A DNA stretch of 64,000 bases from Octopus bimaculoides (lineage: Eukaryota). Made by a program: the position numbers and the translations under genes. Below, piece after piece: positions 25,400 through 59,900 of this stretch (within the stretch, counting starts at the first letter, position 1; every line of letters starts with the position of its first letter). The stretch is taken from the NCBI RefSeq assembly GCF_001194135.2, contig NC_068999.1:47537686-47601685 (forward strand), given 5' to 3'. The notes beneath the pieces are model-generated. The model made no database searches. It was not told where the DNA came from and saw nothing but the letters and a program-made list of their open reading frames with translations.

Positions 25400-25990
25400 G
25401 TACAGTATGTAATACAGTGTATGTGTTGTATGTAATATTAATGTATGCATGTATATATGTAATACATGTCTGTATATATGTAATGCATGTATGTATAAAT
25501 GTAATGTAACGTATGTATATATGTAAGTATGTATGTAATGTATGTGTGTATGCATGTATGTAATGTATGTGTGTTTGTATGTAATGTGTGTTTGTATGTA
25601 TGCATGCATGTATGTATGCATGCATGTATGTGTGTATGCATGTATGTAATGTATGTATGTATGTAATGTATGCCTGTATGTATATATGCATGCATGCAAT
25701 GTATGCATGAATGTAATGTATGCATGGATGCATGAATGTCATGCATGTAATGTATGAATGTAATGGTATGTATGTATGAATGTTGTGTGTGTATGTATGC
25801 CTGTAATGTTATGTAAGTATATATGTATAATGTGTATATGTATGTATGTATGTATGTAAGTATATATGTTATGTACGGTATGTAATGTATGTATGTAACA
25901 CACGTAATGTAATGTATGTAATATAATATAATATGTATGTATGTATGTATGTATGTATGAATGTATGTGTATGTATGTAATTTATGTATA
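25400..25990. repeat. Degenerate (TATG/TGTA)n low-complexity tract
   Basis: About 600 nt of ATGT variants; explains the Y/I/H/T-rich ORFs. Confidence 0.9.
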
Positions 25991-26457
25991 AACACGACTG
26001 CTTATGAACAGGCTTTCATGCAATCTAAAAAGTCTGCTTGAGGTTGATCAAAGAGAAAAGAAACAACAGTAACAGAACAAACATGAAAAGGTGTTGAGAC
26101 ATAACTTTAAAAATCCTCAGAAAGATTTCTCTTAATGCCTAGTAACTTGTGTGTACATATGAGTAGGGTCGTTTAGAAAAGACACCACCAAACCCTAATT
26201 GTCTGGAAGAAGTTGTAGGTCACTCGTCAAATTATTAAGTTATCTGCCAGTGAAACTAAGATGAAAGTTCACAGGAAAATAAAAGATTTAGGGAAGAGGA
26301 AAATTGAAGTTCTGGAATATGTAAATGTCACTCCATAACTTGATGCTGTCATTCCAGTAAAAGGTGTGAAATGACAGCATTTTAGGTATTAAATTCTTCT
26401 TTTTCATCAAGATTTGGCATATTTCTTTGATTTATTTTTTTTACCACTTGTTTTTTT

Positions 26458-26760
26458 GCACACACACACACACACACGTATGTACACACACACACGTATG
26501 TACACACACACACACATGTATGTACACACAGACACACGTATGTACACACACACACACACTTATGTACACACACGCATGCATATATGTATGTACACACACG
26601 CATGCATATATGTATGTATACACACACACATATTTGTATGTATACACACACACACCCATACAAGCATATATGTACATACAAATATATACATGTAGGTATG
26701 TACACATTAACATACACATGTGCATATACACATATGCACATGCGTCTATGTATGCACATA
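26458..26760. repeat. (CA)n/(TACA)n degenerate tract
   Basis: Seen directly. Confidence 0.9.
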
Positions 26761-28145
26761 CATTAACGTCAACTTTTGAGTATATTTGCACAAACAATAT
26801 TTACAGTGATAAATTGAAATAATGGAAGTGTCACAAATTGTTTAACTATGAGAGAAGATCGCAGGAATTTAATGCTATGTGACAACACACATTTGCCAGC
26901 AGTGCTCCAGCATGGCCAAAGCAAACAATGAATGCATTATCTAATGGCGGTACCATTAACAAACTTGTTCTAATTATATCAGTTCTTTAATTACTCAGCT
27001 AATGTTCATGTTGATTATCAGCCAAAGTAGACTTTGGCCAGTGAACTCACTTTTAAACAATGATAACAATCAAATTGTTGATAAAAATAATTTTCTAGGA
27101 ATTTACAAAACAATCATATACATATGCTTCTAAAACATGCTTACATGTATGTGTGCCTGTATGTATAAACGGGGTGTGACGTACACATATGCATTTACCC
27201 ATTTTTAAACATAATAATTTACTCCTTATTCAAACATAAAGGTAAAGGCTATAGTGAAAACAAAAGGAAGCCATTTTGAATTGTAAATATATTCTTTTAT
27301 TCTTTTATTTGTTTCAGTCATTTGACTGTGGCCATGCTGGAGCACCGCCTTTATGTAAAATTTTGTCAAATAATAATGAGAATAAGAATCCTTTCTACTA
27401 TAGGCACAAGGCCTGAAACAATCACACAGCAGCATGCGATGAAATATCTTGCTCAAGAACGCAACACACCACCCTGTCTAGGAACTGAAACCATGATCTT
27501 GCAATTATGGGTACAACATCCTAACCACTAGGCCATCTGGTCTCACTAGTGTAGCTGGTGGTGGTGGGGTCATAGGGGCAGTCCGCCTTGTGCGGCACTT
27601 TTAAAGGGGCACCACTTTTGGGTCTGCTGTAGGCAATATGTGTTTTTTGTAGGGTCCAGGAGTGGAAAACAGAAGGGTCGCTAGTGTCTGGCCTCAGCAC
27701 ACACATACAGATAGACAGACATACATCATTATTTAACATGTCTTCTAAGCTGATGAAGATTGGATGGTTCAACTAAATCCACGAATTCAGAAGACTGCAT
27801 CATTGTCTGCTTCTCTATGGTTCCAATGGCTGGATGCCCTTCTTAATACCAACCATTTTACAGAGGGTGCTGGGTGGGTGCCTCTTTACATGGTTAGGTT
27901 TATCTATAATTTATCCGTGTGATGGCTGGGCATTTTTATCCAAGTTTTCACATTAAAATTTTGGGCTATTTGACTTTTTAATATCAATTAATGGCTTTGC
28001 AAGTCTAAAAAAAAAAAAAAAAAAGAAACCAAACATATATATATGTATGTTTATACACACACATACACACTTATACACACATACACTCACATACATACAT
28101 ACATACACACACACAATCATACTTGTTGATACTCATTCATGTGCA

Positions 28146-28181
<36 letters not shown>

Positions 28182-28493
28182 GACACACACTTGCACACAG
28201 ACACACAGGCACACATCCGTACAAGCAACATACACATAGACACATACACACTCTTATACACATGCGTTTGCATTCCAAGGTGTATTGTGTCAGTTTCCTA
28301 GGAAGCTAACTTTAAACACTATTGTTTCTGTTTAAAGTTGTTTTTTCCTCTCTGTCTTACTTCCTCACTGCATTCTCCTGTACTGGACAATCCTGGTTGC
28401 TACTGCAGTTGCTGCTACTACTACTACTACTGCTGCTAGACATTTCCTGTTACTACTACTACTGTTGGTCAGTTGTCTAGGGAATTCAGGTAT

Positions 28494-28728
28494 GGCGGCG
28501 AGATGGCACCAGAGACGTTAGCACGCCGGGCGAAATGCTTAGCGGTATTTCGTCTGCCACTACGTTCTGAGTTCAAATTCTGCCGAGGTCGACTTTGCCT
28601 TTCATCCTTTCAGGGTCGATTAAATAAGTACCAGTTATGCACTGGGGTCGATATAATCGACTTAATCCGTTTGTCTGTTCTCGTTTGTCCCCTCTGTGTG
28701 TAGCCCTTTATGGGCAATAAAGAAATAA
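28494..28728 (+). mobile_element. SINE family A copy
   Basis: Closely similar to 44713-44947; directly followed by a family C fragment. Confidence 0.8.
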
Positions 28729-29360
28729 GAAGCTTGCTTCCCAACCACGTGGTTCAGGGTTCAATCCCATTGTGTGGCATCTTAGGCAAGTGTCTTCTAC
28801 TGAAGGCCTCAGGGCAACCAAAGCTTTGTGAGTGGATTTGGTAGACAAAAACTGGCTGCTAGTTGGAATATTAAATTACTGGTTTATCATTAGTGTTATG
28901 TTTTATTTTTATATTCTACTCTAGAACAAATCTAGAGTTTTAACCAACACTGTATGTTATGATAAATGTAAACATAACATTCATATAGTTTAGAATATAA
29001 CACTTGGACACATGATCATCATGAACCCACTGGACAAGAGTTTTATCTGATACTGTCAGTTGTTTCATGATAGAATCATACTAGACATTTAATACACATA
29101 AGCACTTATATTTACTTATCATTTATAATTTTATACATGCTTTATTAACTCTTTACATTCTCATTCTATAAAGCTAAAAAGAAGTTTTAAGAAGTTATAA
29201 ACTTTCAAGCATAACAGTAGTACCATCCTGTATCAAAATATTATAGTGATTATGCTAGAACAGAAAGTGTAGTGACTGGGTCATAAAAATGTGGTGAAGT
29301 GAAAAAAGAAAAGAAAAGAAGAAACAGGAATAAAACACAAATGAATATAACAATGTATAT

Positions 29361-29362
<2 letters not shown>

Positions 29363-29422
<60 letters not shown>
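29363..29422. repeat. (TA)n microsatellite
   Basis: Seen directly. Confidence 0.95.
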
Positions 29423-29426
<4 letters not shown>

Positions 29427-31056
29427 AAATTATTAATATGATTCCAAGTCTGTGTTAGATTTTTTCCTATATTTGTTAAGGTCGAGCAACTAACAAGTAA
29501 ATCTGTGGTATTGAGCAGAATTTTTGCAGTAGCCCAGATTTTATACAAAAACAAAACATGTACATGATAACCCTTCCAATCAGTTTAGATCAAAAGCCAT
29601 GAGAACCACTGCCTAGTACTGTACCAGAGCATCATTTACTATTATTATTATTATTACTATTTGGCAGTTCAAGGGCAGCAAACTGCAAACTGAAAGTGAC
29701 AGGTGTTAACTGTAACTGTTTCTATGTCTACCTGCATGTGGTATGTATAGGGATGTGTGTGTACTCGTGTTGAAGACCAAATTTGTTGTTATTTTCTTCC
29801 AATTTCTTGCCATGAAAAGTTTATTTCAATAATTAAAAGGGGGAAAAAAAAAACATTGAAGTAAAATAGATCAACCGCATTTTATGATTTAGTCCCTTTA
29901 TTATTGATTTTCAACCTTCGGCAAGTGTCTTCTGCTATAGACCCGGTTCGAACAAAGCCTTGTGAGTGCATTTGGTAGACAGAAACTGAGAAAAGAAAAC
30001 AAAAAAACGTCATACACACACACACACACATATGTGTGTGTCCACCACCACCTCTTGGCAACTGGTATTGGTTTGTTTGCACCACGTAACTTAGTGGTTC
30101 AACAAAAAGGGTCCAACAGAATAAGTATCAGACTTTAAACAAAAAAGTACTGGGATTGATTTGTGTTCAAATAAAACCCTTCAAGGGAGTGCACCTGTAT
30201 GGCAGCAGTTCAATGACTGAAACAAGTAAAAAAAAAAATTGAAAATGCCAAAACTGAAAAATACCATTCCCACCAAACTTTTATTTTTATTTTATTTCGC
30301 AGAATCGTAATCTACAATCGTTAAACATTTAAGAAATTGATTTTTTTTGTTTTTTTGTGCTTCAAATAATTTCCGACTCTATTGTACAGGGACGCCCAAA
30401 CTTTCTCTCGCTGCTACTGTGAGGGTGTAGTTGTTGCTGTTGAGTCCTAGGCAACTGCGGACTAAGCAGACACATAACCAAAGACATTCCAAGCATGACC
30501 ATCTCGTCTTTTTATTATTTTTATCTAGTACTGCATTACCCAACATATTGTTTGTTTCTTTTTTAAGACTGCGAGGTATTATTTGAGATTTCTATTTGCC
30601 GTTTCTAGCCAGAGACTGACCATATACAGATGGTATGTCGTTTGACCAGTCAAACAAGTAAAACGCATTACAGATTATACATTGTAAGAATATATTATGT
30701 AAGATGATTGTTATATAATTAGGGGACACAAAATGTTGGAGATAATGCATAGGAAATATGAAATATTATTAAACGATGGAGAAGAATAGAGAGGATACTG
30801 CCAGTGGTGGTGAGGAGGATGATGATGATGTTGATGGGGGTAGCAGTAGTAGTCATGTGACATGAAGGAAGCAGGGAAGACTTAGTCAGGCGTAAGTGGG
30901 GAGAAGAAAGAGGAAGAGACATAAAGTGGCATGAGGAGGAGAAGGAGGAGGAGAATTAGTATAACATAGTGTTTTGTGTGAAAGGCCAACGTGCTTTCGA
31001 CTTTTCTTCGCAGCCAGGCAGCTCCAGGTATATAAAAATCTATTACAGCTGATACC

Positions 31057-51337
<20,281 letters not shown>

Positions 51338-51568
51338 TTGGAACAATAGCAACACTACTCCTATGTCTTTTGATTTCTATTTTTGCGTCTGACAAATCTT
51401 GTAATCGACAAAAAAGCACTTCCTATTAATTATTTTAATTGTCCTTGTTTTAAATTAATTAAAAATTGTTTCAGTTGATTGTTATATAAAATGGTTAATG
51501 AATTGAAGTTATTGTATAAGTAGTTGCACCCTCAATAACATCAGTGTAGGAAGCAGCAGCAATAGCGA

Positions 51569-51574
51569 AATAAA
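51569..51574 (+). terminator. Candidate polyadenylation signal of malic enzyme
   Basis: First AATAAA after the stop codon, followed by GT-rich TGTAGGTGTTT. Confidence 0.35.
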
Positions 51575-52307
51575 TGTAGGTGTTTATTGATAAATCTATG
51601 CATGTCCACCTATTTAGACAGTAGCATTCAATGATTAAAATTGTTATTTTAATGTATTAATTAGTTTGCATTGGTTTTTTTTCCTGACAAATGTTTAACC
51701 TTATTTCCATCATTTACATTGAACGGATATGTGTCTTCATCTTGTTTGTTGCCTCATCAGACTCAGTTGGATTTTACTGTCTTGAAATCTTGTCCCTTTC
51801 AAGAGGGATTTGGTTTTTGCATCATTAGCTGTAGACTCTCAATTTGTCACCTGTTATGACCGCTTTCAAAAAAACTTTGCATCTTCCTTGACACAGTCAA
51901 GATCCTGCACAGCTGAAACTCAATCATTTTGAGACAACCACAAAACATCTCACTTAGAGTTCATGTGCGACAATGTTCAAGGTCAATCAGTGCCAAGTGG
52001 CTTCACTGTTTACTTCAGCTCTGTTACCATAGCAACAGTCCCAATACATTTTGATCAAACCTTGTTAGCTGTTTTATCAAAGATGGTTTACTCTAAGAAA
52101 ATTATGCTGTTCTGGCGGTGGGAAAACTTATGGCTTTGTATTGTGAAGAGACATACTAAATACAGTTGCAGCTGCTTGTTTGGCCACTTTGAATAGGTTA
52201 AAGAAGTCAAGCAATTACAACTGAGGTTTTTTTGAAAACTAATTGAGTACCTGGACCTCACACACAAAGAAGCAGTAATAGACGAGATGGAAGTTTTCAT
52301 TAATCAC

Positions 52308-52313
52308 TTTATT
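52308..52313 (-). terminator. Candidate polyadenylation signal of CCNC
   Basis: AATAAA on the minus strand with downstream TTCTTTGTGTGTG (GU-rich); implies a 3' UTR of about 1.55 kb. Confidence 0.45.
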
Positions 52314-53865
52314 TATCAAAGAAAATTACCAACAACGAAAGAAAAATAGGAAAAAAATAGGAATTTATGAAAAAAAAAAAAAAAACATATTTACAATGGT
52401 GTTGGTGTTATTTTTCCTGAATATACAGAAAATTATAAAATATTAACTAATGAATGTGGTCCCTTTTTGAGATGAAATGAAACTAAAATCTCATCTTCAG
52501 ACGATGTGATAAATATTGACACTGGACAGAGTCAGCTGTTAATTACAAATGACTTACGACAATTTAAAATTTGAAGCAAAACTTATTAACGAAGTGTATT
52601 ACTGATTTTATCATTACACCTAAAACCGAAAAGGTCAAAATAAAATATCCACAGATTTGTTGCAGTTTCAGATAATCTTTGTTCTTAAAGATTATTTTCT
52701 TTTGCAGTTTCTCATTGGTATTCAGACATAAAAACAATCTTGTGATTTTAGAGATGATCTATCAACATTTATAGAAAATATAAAGCATTTTTATATTTGA
52801 GGAACTTTTTGAAAATTCTGTTACTGTATTTCACATTTTAAAAGAACTACTACAAATCCAGTAAGTTTTTAATTAATATCCATAATGAAGGGGTTCAGAT
52901 GCATTTAAATGACTCAATATCTGCTAATTAGAAATTGTTTTTGTCAAACCAATTCAAAAAATTTAATAGGTTCTGCTTTGGTTTTCAATAAGATTCTGTA
53001 TGTTAAGTTTTAAGTTCTACAAATTCTTTGAAATAAAAAAAATAATAAATAAATAAAACGATAAAGCAACCAGCTTTAGGAAGGAGAATGATGGCTGCAT
53101 CAGGAGTAAGACTGCTCAAAGACCCCAGGAGGGAATTAAAAATCCTCGCCGTTACTACTGTTGCATTTTTGCTTCATTTCTGAAAAACAAACAACAGGAA
53201 GTTATGGTGATAGGTTGAAATATTTCATTAAAAGAAAAATACAAGACTGAAGAATGCATCTGAATTACAATTAAATTTTAGGAATTTTGTCAAAGAAATT
53301 TTTTAAATTGGGATTCAGATTATTGGAATTTAGAGAAAAAGTCAAATTTTGAAGACAATATTTTCCCCAATTCTATTAGAATTTTCAAAAGTTAACTACA
53401 GATTCCATAATATTTTTGTTTGTGGAACTCAAATGAATCAAACAAACTTTAGGCACCTCTTAAAAATTTAAATATAAAAACAGAAAAAAATTTTTAATGA
53501 AAACTAGAATTTTGTTCTAATTACAAACTTAGTTTGGTATGACAAACCTAAATGATTCAATGCAGAGTTGACACTGACTGATAAAATGTCACTTGGTCAA
53601 ACATACAATGCAGTCCATTTAGTTTCGTTAGTTTTGAAAGTTCATTAGAGGTTTAAAACCTGTCTAAATGTCTCACTTCTCTGCAGCATGTCATCACTGA
53701 GTACAAAATGTCTGCTTCATGACGATGATGAACAAGTAGCTCAGTTGTTGCACACAAGTTTCAATGAGTTAACGAGGACCATTGAATGGGAGAGTAGTAA
53801 CATGTAGTTTGAGACTTGCTCTAAGTCAAGCTGTCTTTCCTCTATGGTGATTATAACATTGATGC

Positions 53866-53941
53866 CTAACTCTGACGAGCTTGCTGGGAAGGCTGCAAGG
53901 ACTGAGTGTTTTCCTGCCCATTTGGACCTTGTAATGCAGGC
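53866..53941 (-). CDS. CCNC: CCNC last coding exon
   Basis: RPALQGPNGQENTQSLQPSQQARQS*; QGPNG matches the vertebrate C-terminus. Confidence 0.88.
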
Positions 53942-56900
53942 CTGAGAGAGATTAAAAAGAACAAGGATCTTAATCAATAAACAAATTGTTGCTCTTTTCT
54001 AGAAAATATCTCACTCTTACCCAACATTTTTTCACAACTTTATCTTAAATAACACCCAACTCCACAATTATTCTCCTCCTATTTCTTCAGCCACTCCAGT
54101 TTTACAAAATAAATTAACTTTCAAACAGCATTAACAAGAAAAAAAAGAAAAAGAAAAGAAAACCGGAAAACATTGAAGGAACACCACTCCAGGATTTCGA
54201 TTTATTATCAAATATGAAAATCTGAGTATATTCTTCAACATAGCAAAAGTAGAGATCTTCTTAGCATTAATAATTTTGAAATGTAATAAGTAATAATGAT
54301 TCCAAATTTTGGAACAAAACCAGCAACTTCGGCAAAGGCAGTAAGTTGATTACATCAGCCTCAGTGCGCAACTGGTACTTATTTCGTTAACCCTGAAAGA
54401 ATGAAAGGCAAAGTTGACCTTGAGAGAATTTGAACCCAGAATGTAAAGACAGACGAAATGCCACTAAGCATTTTGCCCAGCATGCTAACAGTTCTGCCAG
54501 CCAATGACACTAAATTGTTTTATTGTTTGTTCTTTTGTGAACCATGCCTGGCTCATAAGGACCGGTTTCCCGGTTTCATTGGCATATAGGTTCCCCACCT
54601 GGACAGGTGAGCTGCTAGATGCAAGAGGAAAGAGTGAGAGAAAGAGTCGGCAGAAGTGGAGTTTTGTATGGACATCTTTAATTTTCATGCACAACTTACT
54701 GTGAGATTGAGGGAGGCTTAGTGAAAACCATTCAAATTAATAAAAATGAAAAATTCTGAATTTTTAGAAAATTACAAAAAAAAAAAAAACTTTCACTCAC
54801 ATGAAAAAAGCAAAATTAAGTCTGAGAATGATTTAGAAATAAACCAAAATAAACCAAAATGAGGACAAAATCTACAAATTCAACAAAAGTTGGATTCAGT
54901 AGTTGTAAAATTGCACTCTTAAATGAAAATAATTTTATACTGGAATAAAATTGAGTGAGAATAACAATGTCTATTTTGTTTAGATTAAAAGATTATTGTG
55001 AGAAATATGCCAGATTAAATATCAGTGAAAGATTTAAAGAATACAAATGGAAAACTTGAGTTTGCAATTCCTTGATACCCAACAGAATAAATGATATAAT
55101 TGAGGACCAATTAATCAGATGCAAACACAAATGATTTACTATATTTTCTGTCATACAAGTCAGCACAGTAAATAGTATAAACATTCAAGTATCATTATTA
55201 TCTTTACAAATTATCTTTACATTATTATCTTTACAAATCTTGTTGCATTTCACATGGAACATTTAGCCCTGCAAAGTTGTCTTGGTGTATAAGTTGACCT
55301 ACCATATTTCGGTTGCGAATTTTGTTCTTAAAAATTCAACTTGTATGCTAGAAAATATGGTAAAAGAGGCAAGTACCCAGATATGTTTACATCCACATTT
55401 AGAAATATAAACATGTACTCTATACAGAGTAGAAATATGGAAAATAATATAGACGAGCTATAAGGATATGAAAATTTGACCATAATATTTATATGAATAA
55501 ATATATCAATGATTTTTAAAAAATAAATGAGACTGAAAACATCTCTTACCTGGTTGGACTGGTCTTAGGTTTTGGCATTTTCACAAGAACTGCAATAATT
55601 TCCTTTTTTTCTTCATAATTTTTCCACAGTTCATAAAACGCTAAAATTTGTTTTGTAATTTCAAGAACCTGATGAGAGAGGGGGAGGAAAAAAGAAAAAG
55701 TAAAAAAAAAAAAAAAAGAAACGAAATTATTTCTGAAGGTGTTGATTTAAATATTTATAAATTTGTATAGCTTCCAAAAAATACTTACTTTATCCATATC
55801 AACTGAAAGTTCTGCAAACCACTGTCGTCCATCTTTGTCTTGAATTACACATGCTATATGCAAACAAGCTTCGAAAAAACAATGAGACATTAAAAGGTTC
55901 ATAATCTCAAAATGTAGAAGAATTTCAAAACATAAATAGAAAAGCATAAAATTTGAAATCATTAATGATTATGAATATTACAAAAGTGTACTTCCATAGC
56001 AAGTGTTTTGATCTGAGATTGTGTTGAAACTAAAATGACTGCACCACAGGAGACACAAGTTAGCCATTCAGAAACTCACAAAGACAATTAACTTCACTTA
56101 AACATCTGTCAGGGACCAGGTCACAAAGATTGGGGAAAGTCACAGCTGCCTTCATGATGCTCAGAGACCTTGTTCTCTATCAACAAGGTGTTTGGAGTAG
56201 ATGTCTCCAGAACATCCTTTGAGTGAGACGGCAATACAGACCCAAAAGCAAAAGCAGTAACCTATCGAAACCAAAATCAAGAGGATGAAATGGGGTTGGC
56301 TGGGACACACCTAATGGAAAGTGGTTTCCAACACTACAAGGCAAACCCTATGATGAACATTCCATGAGAAATGGAAGTGAGACAGACCAAAAACAACATG
56401 GAAATGCCAAAGAACGAATGAGACAAATGGAGAAGTCTTGTTGATGCCCTATGTAGGGTCAAAGCAATTAACACACAATGGAAATGGTATTAGCCTCCTG
56501 AACAGAAGATTATAGTTCAAGTCCCACCACAATCACTGTTGTTGTTGTCCCAGGTTAAACCTGAATGAGCAGACTTAGGATCAAAAGTGTCCTGTCCATA
56601 ACTATCCTATACAATTTTCAGGTTTCTAGGAGGTCCAGTGATTATGTAGAGGTTGGTGGTATTCCAGTATGACCACACTCCGTGACTGCCAGAGGCAAGT
56701 TGATTAAATCAACCCCAGTGCTCAACTGGTACTTATTTTATTGACACCCTTGAAAGGATAAAACACAGTCAACCCCAGCAGAATTTGAACTCAGAATGTA
56801 AAAGAATGCTGCTGGTCTAAGGTGCTAACGCTTCGGCCAGCTCACTGCCTTCCCAACAATCATACAAAATTCTTTAAACTATATCTCTCTGAGAGTAATT

Positions 56901-59900
56901 TCCTTCTTTTTATCTTTTACATGTCTCAGTTATTAAACTGTGGCCATGCTGGGGCAAAGCCTTGGAGAATTTTTAGTCAAACGAACCAGCCCCAGTACTC
57001 ATTTTTTAAAGCTTGGTACTTAGTCTATCAGTTACTTTTGCCAAACCACTAAGTTACAGGGATGTAAACAAACCAACACTAGTTGTCAAGTGGTAGTGAG
57101 GGACAAACATAGACATACACACATATATACGACAGGCTTCTTCCAGTTTCTATCCACCAAATCCACTCACAAGGCTTTGGCCAGACCAAGGTTATAGTAG
57201 ACACTTGCACAAAGTGTCACACAGTGGTATTGAACTTGGAACCATGCGGTTAGGAAGTAAGCTTCTTACTACACACAGCCACGCCCAACATACACAGTAG
57301 AATTTTGTGTTTACAAATATTTGTTGATAGGAATGAGAGAAATATCCTTTAAGAAACATATTTACGAAATAAAGGAAGATTACTAACAGATTGTTATAAC
57401 AAGGAATTTCTTCTATAGCAGACTTACAATGGAAATGAAGATATTGGCAGTAATAAGACTCTACAGAAATAAAAGGATACTTACCTAGGGCTATAAGATA
57501 TGGTGGGTACATGAGACAGACGTCAGTTCTAAGACTATCATTAACTATTCTCCTATAATGACAGTTAATGAATAAAATAATAATAACAGTTAAAACAGCA
57601 GAAGTTCATTGACAATAAAACATTTATTTACATGATAAATACTGCTACAATAATTCTTTCCACAATAGGTACAAGGCCTGAAATGTGGGGAAGGGGGTTA
57701 GTTGATTTCATTGACCCCAGTACTCAACTGGTACTTATTTTATCAACTTCGAAAGGATGAAAGACAAAGTCAATCTCTGGTGTATAAGCTGACCGACTTT
57801 TTTTTTGGTTGTAAATTTTGGTTTGAAAAATTTAACTCATATACCTGAAAGGCACATGGCTAAGTGATTAGGGTATTCGGCTCACAACCACAAGGTTGCG
57901 AGTTCAATACCTGGCAGCACATTGTCTCCTTGAGCAAAAGACACTTTATTTCATGTTGCTCCAGTCCACTCAGCTGGTAAAAACGAGCTGTACCTGTTTT
58001 TCAAAGGGCCAACCATGTCACATTCTGTGTATGCATGTCTGTGGAGCACTCAGCCACTTGCATGTTAATTCCACGAGCAGGCTGGACATCAACTGAAACT
58101 CTTGTCATCATAATCAACAAGAGTGCCAGTTATGCTGGAAAATACAGTAAACATCAATTGAAAGAACACCTGTAATACATAAGAGCTAAATGTGTGTCTT
58201 CATGTTTCAACACAGACTTATAATAGAAATGAATATAATAGGGAAATAGCCTCATCTAAAAACTTTTGTTTAATCTTTTTTTAAAATTTTATTTGTCCCA
58301 TCCACTTGTTGATAATTTCTGTCAAAGTAATTGCTTTTCCAGTTGGGTGACCTTCCTACTTGCTAACCTACTTAACCATCAAAAAGACAGTGCAAACCTG
58401 TCTTAATGTCAGTCAAGCTATCTAGAACAGAGTCAAGCCGCAATGATTCTAGTTGTCAACTTTGAAAGTATAAGCATGTGCTCAGTAATCCAGCATTCTA
58501 AACTGACAACCAGTCACTGTTATATTCAATAGAAAGTTAGCCTTTTCATTTTCAAAATGACTAACTTGTTATTGAATAGAAAAAAATATTTTAAGGCAAC
58601 CCCGCCCCCAAAATACCCATTCAGCTTTTAACTCTTACATCCTACTTTAAACAACTACTTACTCCACCAATATCACCATATTTAAATAATATAATATATA
58701 CCATGGATAGAAGACACATGGTTTAGTGGTTAGGGTGTTGGACTCATGATCATAAGATTGTAGTTTCGATTTTTGGACTGGACAGTGTGTTGTGTTCTTG
58801 AGCAAAACACTTCGTTTTATATTGCTCCAGTCCATTCAGCTGGCAAAAATGAGTAATTCTCCAACGGATTGGTGTCCCGTCCAGAAAAGAATATAGATAT
58901 CCCAAGGAAACCAGGAAACTGACCCTATGCCCATTACAGAGTGATGTAGACTTGCCATATACAATAGATCGATTCTTTCTCAAAATGTTAACAGTATGTC
59001 TTGCCACCAAAGACTTTATATTTACTTTCCCCATACTAGTACAGCATGAACAAGAGACAACTTTCTTCATGCTCCAGTTTTTACAGTGTGAGCTCAAATG
59101 CTATCACAACTGGTGATCCCTACCCCAACCTTGTACAAAGATGTAAAAAAAAAATATATATATATATATATATATTAATAGTTTAATTAAGTTTAAGTTT
59201 TATTTGTGAAATACAGTTGTTTTGAATTTGCTGTAGAAAGTGGTCTACATTTGTGGTGGGGAGTGGGGTGCTAGGAATGTGGCCTGAATGCCAAGTAGGC
59301 AGCAGCCTGAAAGAGTTTGGGAACTACAGGTTTGAATGATAAAAGTTTAAAATGTTTCTTGACTGAAATTCGTTATTTTTACATGTTATCTCTCAAGAAA
59401 GGATTGTACATTCATCACACACTGACATTGAATCCTACTGAATGTGTACAAAAGATGTTTATTATAAGAGAAACCAAACGCAAGAAATAGTGAAGCCTTA
59501 CCATGCTACAGGTAGTAGGTTGTCATCTTGTCCAAGGTCAGCACAATATTGTATGAGAGGTCGATACGGATGATAAAGAACCAAACAGCAATCCTAGGAT
59601 AAAATAAACATACATATATGTGCATGTGTGTGTATGTATGGTTTTATATGCGTATCCCCCTCTCATTCTTTGGGAGAGAGGCACAAGCACATACACAGAC
59701 ATATACACACACGGCAGTAACTTCCACCTACCAAATTCAATCACAAAGTTTCAGTCGGCTCGGGGCTATAGCAGAAGACACTTGCTCAAGGTGCCACGCG
59801 GTGGGACTGAACTCGAAACCATGTAGCTGGGAAGCAAGCTTCCTAACCACACAGCCATGCCCTGTGTGTATGCATGTATACCGTAAAAACCCATGTAATT

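Noticed and set aside
25271-26822. Many 90-185 aa Y/I/H/T or C/V-rich ORFs
   Set aside because: Products of TACA/CA low-complexity repeats on both strands.
28494-28580. tRNA gene-like A/B boxes (here and at many other sites)
   Set aside because: No complete cloverleaf; always followed by shared SINE body and tail.
31029-31038. TATATAAAAA as a TATA box for ME exon 1b
   Set aside because: It is only 28 nt before the ATG, so a canonical TSS would fall at or after the start codon; the upstream splice acceptor is a better explanation.
51963-52196. 77-aa ORF between ME and CCNC
   Set aside because: No homology or coding bias evident; within the length expected by chance.
53741-53977. 78-aa minus ORF from the ORF track as the CCNC terminal exon
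   Set aside because: Wrong frame; the phase-2 junction gives RPALQGPNG...QS* ending at 53866.
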